A stretch of 32,729 nt of DNA from Neovahlkampfia damariscottae (lineage: Eukaryota), in NCBI GenBank assembly GCA_016618085.1, contig JABLTG010000198.1, positions 1-32,729 of the forward strand. The letters run 5' to 3'. Positions 1 to 9,222 of the stretch are shown one piece after another. A program made the translations under genes and the position numbers. The notes below the pieces were generated by a model. The model did not search any database and was not told the DNA's origin. It was given only the letters and a program-made list of their open reading frames with translations. The first letter of the stretch is position 1; every line of letters begins with the position of its first letter.

Positions 1-459
1 TTTCCAAAGATCTTTGTGAAAATAATGATGAAATTTTGATTTCAAAATTTCCAGTCAAAGGAATGATTAAAAAATGGGAAAGAAAAATTCATAGTACAAC
101 AGTGAGAAAAAATGCTTCATTGGTCTCATTTTCAATTTTGTCAAACACTAAAACATCTTGCTCAAAAAGATTCTGTTCAAGTACATGAAGTTTCAGAACA
201 TTATACCAGTTGTACATGTGGATCATGTGGAAAAATAGATTGGAAACTTGGAAAAAAAGATTATTTCAATTGTAAATATTGTAATTTTTCTCTTCCAAGA
301 GATTATAATGGAGCAAGAAATATATTTCTGATGAATATACAAAATTTTATTGGAAATCCAAAAACTGCCAGTACTGCTGGCGACGGTCCCATCCCGAAAG
401 AAACCTTGATTTTAATGTCTGGTCTGATTAATCAGAATGAACGGAAAAGTCAGTTTTAA
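1..459 (+). pseudogene. Fanzor2 (IS607-type TnpB-derived RNA-guided endonuclease), C-terminal part, 5'-truncated by window edge, with +1 frameshift at about 111
   Basis: Frame 3 (3-110) reads SKDLCENNDEILISKFPVKGMIKKWERKIHSTTVRK, then one extra A, then frame 1 MLHWSHFQF...EVSEHYTSCTCGSCG...FNCKYC...LPRDYNGARNI. These are the Fanzor2 hallmarks: MLxWSHxxF, alternative catalytic Glu in ExYTS, CxxC/CxxC zinc finger, RuvC-III RDxNGARNI. Confidence 0.88.
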
Positions 460-467
460 GATAGCGG
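1..467 (+). mobile_element. Right part of an IS607-like Fanzor2 transposon; predicted right end ...AAGATAGCGG
   Basis: Intronless TnpB-family gene in an intron-rich genome. IS607-family elements recombine at a GG core, and host-like sequence with a CCAAT motif resumes after 467. Confidence 0.55.
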
Positions 468-487
468 AGCAGAATGATTGGATGTAA
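360..487 (+). ncRNA. Putative Fanzor omegaRNA (scaffold about 360-467 plus guide from flank about 468-487)
   Basis: GC-richer structured tail overlapping the ORF end: GCCAG-tactg-CTGGC hairpin (367-381), perfect palindrome TCTGATTAATCAGA (423-436), ending in ATAGCGG (461-467). The location matches known TnpB/Fanzor omegaRNAs; the boundaries are inferred. Confidence 0.6.
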
Positions 488-528
488 AATTGATTTATGA
501 GAAATTGAATTTTATTCTTATACAATTT

Positions 529-1449
529 TCAAAACTTCATATCAACACCTTCTTTAGCTCGAAATGATATTGAAATTTCACCAGTTCCATTTTCAATAGG
601 GTACCAATTAGAAAATTGTTCAGAACTGTTATTTGTCTTTTTACATTGATGTATTGCAGGTTCCAAAGATATACTGAGAGATCCTAAACACTCATGATCA
701 AATACCTCATCATGATCATAAATTTTCAAATCTAATGTTGAATCTTTGAGATTTGTGTCTTTGAAAAAAATGAATTGTTGATTAAATTTTGGATTGACAG
801 TTGATGATATCTTTTTTGTTTTTTGTGACATTCCACCAACTTGTAAAACAACATATGGATCAGATGTATCTTTAAAACCCACTGAACTTGAAATTAAATT
901 TCTAGCTTCATGTACAACGATATCAAATGTCATTGGATGTTGAACCTCTTCATCCATGAATAAAATTCTTTTGGTTGGTTTTTCAGGTGAAACATCAAAT
1001 TCATCTTCTTTATCTTCATTATTATGTCTATTAACTCGATCAGTTTTTGCACCAAACTGAAAAATATTATCAGGTGTTTGAAAGGTTTCTCTTGAAGGTG
1101 TCTTTTTCAAAAAATTTTCAGAAAAAAAGTTTTCTTTTTGAAATAAGGTTCTTCTTCTTCCAATTTTTTTTTGTCTTTCAGATTGAACTTGTCTTTCAGA
1201 ATTTATAGAATTTATTGTGCTTGGTGTTTTTCTTTCTGAAAAAAAATTAATTATTTTTTTTTTACCTTTTGCTGTTTTTTTTCGACGTGGTGTAACGATT
1301 AGTTTCACCAAGTTAAATGGATCATTTGGAATTTCTCCACCTGGACTCATACTCACTTCACTTTCTGGTATGGACAATGCTGGTCCATCTACAGTGGTTT
1401 TTCTTTTTTTGAACGTGTTGGAAATCATGTTTCCAAATGTACGTTTCAT
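529..1449 (-). CDS. C2-domain protein with basic, disordered N-terminus
   Basis: C-terminal C2 motifs VHEARNL...SDPYVVL...KTKKISSTVNPKFNQQF...LKIYDHD...LG. First ATG at 1449; no introns. Confidence 0.85.
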   Translation of the reverse strand: MKRTFGNMISNTFKKRKTTVDGPALSIPESEVSMSPGGEIPNDPFNLVKLIVTPRRKKTAKGKKKIINFFSERKTPSTINSINSERQVQSERQKKIGRRRTLFQKENFFSENFLKKTPSRETFQTPDNIFQFGAKTDRVNRHNNEDKEDEFDVSPEKPTKRILFMDEEVQHPMTFDIVVHEARNLISSSVGFKDTSDPYVVLQVGGMSQKTKKISSTVNPKFNQQFIFFKDTNLKDSTLDLKIYDHDEVFDHECLGSLSISLEPAIHQCKKTNNSSEQFSNWYPIENGTGEISISFRAKEGVDMKF

Positions 1450-1548
1450 GGTTTTGTTGTGATGGTGTTTTTTTTTTCTTAACCGAAATAAATAGGCCAA
1501 TGATATTATCCCGCCATTTTATTTTTCTAACGTCTTTTTGGGAGAGAT

Positions 1549-1555
1549 TGATTGG
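1549..1555 (-). promoter_or_regulatory. CCAATCA box in a divergent promoter (representative of about 15 copies)
   Basis: TGATTGG/CCAATCA recurs near gene starts throughout the window; see findings for the list. Confidence 0.7.
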
Positions 1556-1571
1556 ATGATTGAAAGCTCCA

Positions 1572-2369
1572 ATGAAATCGTTGCTACTTAGCAACTTCTT
1601 CAAAATCTCAAAATCATTGATCTCACATTATTCAAACACAAACAATTTATCAGATGAAAAAGAAAATGATTTGGAAAAATTTTTATCAAAATTTGATGAT
1701 GTGAAGGATGAAGAAGAGGATTCAGATGAAGAATCATCAGAAAAAGAAAAAATAGAAACCAAAGAAGAATTTGAAAACAAAAAAAGAAAATTAACTATTT
1801 TATTGGATCAGGCAGTAATGACAAAAATGAAAGTTGAAAAAGCATTTCCTGAAAAATTAAAAACATTTGGAGATGTTGAAAGGTTTGGATTAAATTGGCA
1901 TCCTGGTTGGAGAGAACCACCTAGATTCATACCTGATATGGATTGTGATCCTTATAGAGGTGCTTGCTCACAAACTTCATGTGCATGTGATATTTATGTT
2001 CAATGGCCAAAGGAAGATGATTTATACATTTATGATCCCGATAAAATTAATATTGAATCAGAGTTATGTCAATTTTGTCATCACTCAAAGAAATACCATA
2101 CTTTAGAAACCAAAGCAAACAAGTTTTCACTGAAAGAATTTTCAAATGACAATTTAGAAAAATACAGTTTTCAATTTCGTGAAGATATTCCAAAAAAACA
2201 TCCTTCTGAAATACCTGAATATGAATTAAGAAAGTACTATTTAATGAACCCAGAATACCCAGGCACTTCAGAAAAAACGAAAAAAATGAAAATGATTGAA
2301 GCAGAAGAAAAACAAAGAAAAAATCGAAAAACTTTGGTTGATGTTGAAGAAGATGAAGACTTTCTTTAA
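1572..2369 (+). CDS. Hypothetical protein with possible mitochondrial presequence and Cys/His zinc-binding motif
   Basis: Open 265-aa ORF. N-terminus MKSLLLSNFFKISKSLISHYS is acid-free; contains RGACSQTSCAC...CQFCHHSKKYH. Confidence 0.7.
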   Translation: MKSLLLSNFFKISKSLISHYSNTNNLSDEKENDLEKFLSKFDDVKDEEEDSDEESSEKEKIETKEEFENKKRKLTILLDQAVMTKMKVEKAFPEKLKTFGDVERFGLNWHPGWREPPRFIPDMDCDPYRGACSQTSCACDIYVQWPKEDDLYIYDPDKINIESELCQFCHHSKKYHTLETKANKFSLKEFSNDNLEKYSFQFREDIPKKHPSEIPEYELRKYYLMNPEYPGTSEKTKKMKMIEAEEKQRKNRKTLVDVEEDEDFL

Positions 2370-2388
2370 AGAAAATTCGAATTATAGT

Positions 2389-2741
2389 TTATTGTTTAAC
2401 TTCTTTTTTTTGTGCTACTCCTAAATAAATGTGTTAAAAAATAAAAAAGTTGTTTTTTTACCAGTCATGAAACCGTTGCTTTCTCTTCTCAAAACCTTTT
2501 TAAGGTATCTACATCTTCCAGTACCTTGAGTTCTTCTTCTTTTTGCTTTATACAAAAAGTTATATCTTCTCATTTTTGGTTGTGGGTATGCACATGAAGC
2601 ACATTGTTGTTTTTGAACGTGATAAGCTCTTTGTCCACAACGTTTACATAAAACATGTGATTTTGTGTGTTTCTTACCGAATGATCTTGTACCTTTTGTC
2701 ACTTTATTTAAATTATGTTAGAAAACAATTCATGCTTTACT
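2389..2741 (-). CDS. RPL37: 60S ribosomal protein L37 (eL37), 2 introns (2702-2740, 2421-2461)
   Basis: [40 protein letters not shown]...GTGRCRYLK. The start codon is split A^TG by intron 1; the last exon encodes [10 protein letters not shown]. Confidence 0.96.
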
Positions 2742-2854
2742 TTTTCTTGTTTTTTACTCACGCAACGAAATGATTGGTCGAACCAAGATTCTTTATAAAC
2801 ATAATTTTATTGGCGGAAAATTAAAAGTCAAAAATTGTTTTTTATTCTCAGATT

Positions 2855-5800
2855 TTAAAAACCATCAGAATCTTCATCAAAATTGAATTCATTCTGTTGT
2901 TTATGTGATAATGACACTTTTGGAGGTAAATCATAATCGTCTTCTTCAAAACTATCATAGGAACTTTCTTCCAAACCTTCTTCATTTTCTTCTTCTTCTT
3001 CTTCTTCTTCAATCATTTCATCTATTTTGAGAGTATTTAATTTTTTTCTGTAAACAAAATTTGGTTGAGGTTTTTTTGTTTTGAAAGGAGTTGAAGGTAA
3101 TGCAACTGAGTTTTGTTCTTGTTTTTCATTTTTTTCAATTTTTACTTTTGGAAATGAAACAAATGTCTCTTCATTTAAACTTTCTCTCACAATTTTACTT
3201 AATTTTAAATTTTTGATGTCACCCATTGAAATTTCTTTTTGAACATTTGGAATAATTTTCTCTTTCAATGTGTTGCGAATAATTTCATTTGCTTTAGAAA
3301 TTTTATCCATTTTAAAAGCATCAATAAATCTTGATCTTGTGATAAAATATGAAAACAGTAAATCTGGATGACTTGTTTGATGTTCAATAAGAATTTTCTC
3401 TTCAATTTCATCAAAAGGTAATGAAATGAAATCCAACATTTGCTTTGAAGTTAATGCACTAATCAATCGTCTAAATAAATCATCTCTTTCATCTCCTTGA
3501 TAATTTCTTTGAAATGCAAAAGCATCTTTCACCATTCCATGATGTAATAAAATAACTATTTGAAAATTTGGATCTGTGGCACCCCAAAAGGAGAATAATT
3601 TGGACAATGCTACAGAATCTTCCAAGATAAAAAGCTTTTCCATAATTAAATCCTTTAAAGGTGGATTTGGAAGAGAAGTAAGCTCTGTGATCAATAACTC
3701 TTTATCAACAATTTCACAAAAGTCCAATTTAAAAATTGCATCAATATAATTTCTCCAACTATTTGTGATTTCAAATCGAGAGCAAAATGTGTCCAATATT
3801 TTACCAGAATTAGGAACTTCTAGTGTAGAAAGAGTTGTTGCATGAAATAAAAACTTCAATATGAAATAAATCACAAGGTTTTTTTGGTTGGAGTGTCCAT
3901 GATCATTTTTTCCATATGAAAAAAGATTTAACAAATCTACTGCACTTTTAGGTGGAAAAGTCATTTTAACACCTTTTGGGAGAAAATATTCAATCAAAAT
4001 CAACTCATTTTTTTCTGTAAATGAGTTCCAAACTGATTCTAATTCATTAAAATATTCATGACATTCGCCCAATGGTAATAATGCATTTTCAACTAAAAAT
4101 TCAATAAGTTCAAGGAATTCAATTTGCTGTTTACTAATTAGTAAAAAAAAAGAAATTTACCATTATAATAATACTCTTGGTTGATTTAACAATTTGTTTG
4201 TAATTATCTTCAACTCTATTATATAGTGGTTGAGTTATGACGTTCAAAAATGAGTAATTTCTTGAAAGAATTCTAAATTTTGAAATAACTTCCATCTTTT
4301 GAAAGTATTTGTCAACAATTGGGTTTGTTAATTTCACCACTTCTTCTTTGGTTTTACTGTGAAGTTCATTTAGTTTTGATAACAACCAGTCATAAATTAA
4401 TTGAATTGAACTTGAGTATGATTTTGGAATTCCATTGACATCTTCATCATGTTTTTTATTCAAAACTAAAAATATTAATTAAAATTCAATTCAAACAATC
4501 CGTAATAATTGAAAAAAAACCCATTTCTAACAATAAATCAAGAAGAGCAGTAAATATAGATTTTTCATCCTTTATTGACATTGAAGGTTGAAGAAAACCA
4601 ACATTTTGGTAATTCAAATAAGTTTCAAATAAGTTCCCATCAAGAACATCGCTTCTATCATATAATAAATTTTCAACCATCATTTGTGCAGGAGATGAAA
4701 ATGAAACTGTATATATCACCTTTCCAATTAAAAGTGAAATATTGAAATTTAAAGTTGGAATTCCTAATTTTGTTGAAATATTTTGATTTTCAAGTGGAAT
4801 TAATGTTGATAGACAATCATTCACTGAACGTTTATCTAAATAAATACTCTAAAAAAATCAATTATTTTTTTTTTTTTTTTTACAGAAATAGTATCTGAAG
4901 CAGAAATATCATTTAATGAATAAGAGAAAAATGATTGTTCAAATTTCTTTCTAGTTCCTAAATCAAATAATTCTAAGTTGTATTTTTTTTGGTGTTTTTT
5001 ATGTGTTTCTGTAATGAAATAACATTTTGTTGGTTTGGAGTTATTGCCATATTCTTTTATAGATTTTGTAGATACAATCTTTGAACCTTCAAAATAATGT
5101 CGATAAACTACATCTGAAATGTTTAAATAATGAGTCTACAAATTGATAAATATATAAATGATTTTACCACTAATCCATCAACAGATGTTTTAACTTCACA
5201 TTTATATTCTAAAAGAGAAGCTGATGATGTTTTTGCTTCAGAACATACCCAAATATAACCAATATCAAGTTCTGGATCTAAGACGGTTGAAAAACCTGTA
5301 ACTTCAAAAATAGTTTTTTCATCAATTTCTTGTTTGTTCACAAATAAAGGATTATCTATTAATGTAATAAGTGACCAAAATTCATATCTTCCAGTATCAT
5401 AAGCAAATGTAACACAACCAATATCATCTAGAATTTCAAGTGAGGTAATAGGTCCAAATGGTTTTGTATTTAATTCTATAAAGTCAGGTTGTTCCTGAAT
5501 ATATTTAGAGATGAAATAAATTTACTAATTCAATATCACAAATAAATGAAGTTCCATCAATAAAAGCAACAATTATTGGTGTAGCCATATTTTGTATTCT
5601 TTCTTCATAATTGTCTTTATTTTCAATGATAAAAATGTGAGTGATTGAGTTTGGAGTTTTTATAAACTTAGATTTTGTTCCATTTGAACTGTGGCAAAGC
5701 CATAATTTATCTCCAGTAGCAACAACAAATTTGAGAGCTAATTTACTTCTAAATCCACAACAAGCTGTTATTTCATCCTGAAAATTTAAAAAAATAATGA

Positions 5801-5976
5801 AAAGTTACGTCGAATTGAATACATCCGTTTATATTTTCTTCTTTAAAGAATTCAATTGTGTTTTGATTCACTGTCCAACAATATAAAGCATTTGTTTTAC
5901 AAAATCCAGAAATCGTTGTTGGTTCTTTTGAGCAGCACGATAATTTTGTCTTTGTTATTTCTGTAGAAACTGACAT
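2855..5976 (-). CDS. AHCTF1: Nucleoporin ELYS/AHCTF1-like (beta-rich N-terminus plus ELYS helical domain), multi-exon
   Basis: ELYS-domain motifs FPPKSAVDLLNLF...KNLVIYFIL...FCSRFEI...AIFKLD; LLHHGMVKDAFAFQR; ISLPFDEIEEKIL; LLFSYFITRSRFIDA. Exons are joined by short GT-AG introns. Confidence 0.75.
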
Positions 5977-6034
5977 TTTTGATTGGATGAAAAAATTCCG
6001 TCCAATCGAATTTTGTTTTATTGCAAGAGAAAAT

Positions 6035-7113
6035 TTATTGTAAATCAATATTTATGCACATTGAATCATACGCCAATTCAATATCTAAACCTTGTGATTT
6101 CAATACATCCAGCTCCTCATTCAATTGATGATGCTCAATTGTATGACACATTCCGACGAACATTGCTTTCTTTGGTTTCAATTTTCTCACTTCTTCAATT
6201 GAACTATCTAATAATAAATGACTTAATGAATATTTTTTGTTTGGATCTAATTTTAAACGCCTTGCAAGACAATCAATAATTAAGAGATCAAGATTCTCCA
6301 AGTGTGGTCTGACTTTATCAGGAATTGACGAAACATCAGATAAATATGCAATATTATAAAATTTAAAAGCACTACACATGTAATTTTCTCCATGAAATAC
6401 TTCAAACTGTTCAATTTCAAAATCATTGATTTTCAAGATTGTTTCTGGCTCGTATACTTCAAATTTTAATTGAGCAACAACACCTTAAGTTTAAATATCA
6501 AGATAAAAAATGTACCTGAACCAGTTGCAAGGGCAGAATTAACCAAATAAAAATGTGTCTTCTTCAACGTCTCAAGATCTTTTTGTCTTAAATGAACAGT
6601 AATTGATTCATCTTTTGGAATTAAATCCCTTAAATCATCTAAACCACCAGTGGCATCTTTCAAAATAAAATTAAAATTGGAAAAAAATTACCCAAATGTT
6701 CATGAGTCAATAGTACAGAGTCTATTTTTGTAATTTTATATTTTGGAAAAATGTCAATGGCACTTTGAAAGAAAAACTTTCCACAATCAATTAATAAATT
6801 TTTGGATTCTCCATTCACTTCTTTTTGAAGTAAAATTGATGTATTTCTTCTTCTATTTTTTGAGTTTGGTTTAATAGCATCTGAACAGGTTGGACAAGGG
6901 CCTTGAGGTTTTGTTAAACAACTAACTAAAGGAACTCCTGCAGAAGTACCTTGAATTTTAATTTATTTTTTTGATTCCTACCTGTTCCAATGAAAATTAA
7001 TTTACCATTTTTATTTTTTGTTTCTTTGTCCTTCATAAAGTAATTTATGATACTAAAACTCAAACCTACAATAAAAAATGAAATAATAACATACCTGCAA
7101 CAAGTAGCTCCAT
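6035..7113 (-). CDS. Metallo-beta-lactamase-fold hydrolase, PhnP/C777.06c-like, multi-exon
   Basis: LIFIGTG/TSAGVP..C..CPTC...KNRRRNTSILL, LLIDCGK, LTHEHLDATGGLDDLR, YLSDVS, SH, GMCH, LAYD. The first exon MELLVA (7113-7095) is spliced via intron 7066-7094. Confidence 0.9.
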
Positions 7114-7166
7114 CTTGCCAAGAATAAAAAAGATGTTTTTTGATTGGACAAAAAAAAAAGTGGCAT

Positions 7167-9002
7167 TTATTTCTTTGGATTCAATCTTGAATGAACAATT
7201 GGTAATAAGACTAAAATTGCAACTAATCCTAAAACTAAGAAAATTAAAAATTTTGGTGATGATTTTGTTGTTTTTTTTTGTTTTTCCATTTCTGCAAGAT
7301 ATCTCACTAACTCTCTGAATTTTTCATTTTTTGTAATCAAATCATTAACATATTTCACATTTTTTTCATCACCATCAACAGTAATAGCTTGAATTAAACA
7401 ATTAAGAGCACTTCAAATGTCAAAAAAATGATAGTTTTGACTTACCCAAGAGTTGCTCTTTTTACAAATTCTTCCACTCTTTTATTGAACCAATCTTGAT
7501 ATGGATCATTTGATTTTCCAGATAAATCAGCACTAAACGTATTCCACATTAAATCAAAAACCTAAAAAAATTGAATTTTAAAATTTAAAAAGTACTCTCG
7601 ATTCAATTAGGAATTTGAAAATTGAACTTGAATTTGTATCTGAATAAAGTGCAACTGCTCTAATGATTACAGTTGCACCATATCTCAAACTTAAATTTTG
7701 GCTTGTCAAATCTCTCATTGCAACATCAAGTAATTGCATTTGTTGAAGTGTTGTAATTGTATCTTCAGTTGAGCCTAAAACGACACTTGCAAGTGCACCA
7801 TAACTACAAAAGTTAACTTCTGATGATGTTGGATATCCTCTGGTTAAAATTAAAGACATTAAACGTTCCAATAAACTTTGATCTGCGCAATATTTTTGAG
7901 CAACTTCTTCTGTGTCAATAGCACTTGAAATGAAACTACAACATGTAGTAAGTAATTTTGGATCTCTTTCAATCTTTAAAAGTTCAATAACTTCACCAGT
8001 CAATTTAACTTCTTCACAAAATTCTTTTCCAGTTTTATTTCTTGCAATGAAATTATATAAATCTAACAGTGGATGAACAATTGATTTAATTTGACAATTT
8101 AACCATTTTTTTGTTGATTCTAATAAATTTGATTTCACTAAAACTTTTGTGAATTTTTCATGTTCTTTTTCTGAATTACTTGCAGTTCCAAGATAAAAAT
8201 AACAAACAAAAATATAATGAATTATTGATTTTCTTTCTGGTGTGTCATCATCTTTGATATCTTTCAAATATTCACAACAAATTTCTAAAAAATTTTCATT
8301 CAAAAAATTTTCTGAAATTAATTTCACTTGACCTCCTTTCAAATTTCTAGCTGTTGTGCATATTGAAGAAAATAACTTAAATGAAAGGACCATTAAAATT
8401 TCATTGTTTTTATCATTTAAATCAGTTAATATTTTGACAAATTCATTTTTGACTAAAAACATCGTTTTTTTATCAGAACTGATGATGATTTGTCCTAATA
8501 ATGATAGTAAACGAAATAAACAAAATTTCTTTTTTTCTGTTTTTCCATAATCTTTTAAAAATTGTAAAATAGATGTTAATGTATCATTGTCAATTAAATC
8601 TGCATGTTCATTTTTTCTGCCTGTTTTTGAAAGTTCCAATGATTTGTAAACACTTAAATACCTGAAAATTATGTTAAAAATTTCTTTAATTTACCATGAA
8701 AAATCATTTTTTTCTTCATCATTAGTTTCTTTAAAAGTAACATTTTTTCTTTCTAAATTTAAATTGTTTCTTAATTTGTAAAGAATATTTCTAAAGTCTT
8801 CTTTTTCATCTTCATTTTCATACATACAAACATCTTTTTCATCTTTTGGTATTGGTATTAAATCAAATAATTGAAGAAAATAATGAGCTGCGGAACTTTG
8901 AATTCCAACTTGGAGTGAAAGTTCTTCTTTTTCTTTTTTTTGTTTTAAAACTATTTTTCAAATTTTAATAAATAAATTCATACTTCTGTCTTTTTTTCCC
9001 AT
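7167..9002 (-). CDS. ARM/HEAT-like helical protein with C-terminal transmembrane anchor, multi-exon
   Basis: Leu-rich helical 353-aa exon and C-terminal FLIFLVLGLVAILVLLPIV followed by a short basic tail. ATG at 9002. Confidence 0.6.
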
Positions 9003-9222
9003 TTCTCAATAAAACACAATTTCTGTTGTTTCCTTCAACTTTGTTCGTTGGACCAATCAAATTCAAAACATTTAATCTCCACTGAAAAACTAAAAACTAA
9101 AAGTTTCATTACTAGTTCCATTCAGTTAAATTCAAGATTATAGAAAAATTAGACCATTAGGTTCTTTCTATGAAGTTCCTGTTAACAAAGATAAAACCAA
9201 AAGAAGTCATTATATTTTTTAT

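Noticed and set aside
468..487. Fanzor guide targeting host promoters through TGATTGGATG (matches at 1549 and 5980)
   Set aside because: The matches cover only the distal CCAAT part and not the first 7 seed nucleotides; the shared promoter motif explains them.
1217..1603. Short antisense or overlapping ORFs (also 2543, 5983, 8356, 9591, 11270, 13857, 15829, 22886, 25896, 26213, 26874, 27677)
   Set aside because: Shadow frames of well-supported genes, with F/L/I-biased composition.
4073..5772. Apparent in-frame stops suggesting pseudogenes or a variant genetic code
   Set aside because: Those examined are explained by short GT-AG introns, and conserved genes end at standard stops.
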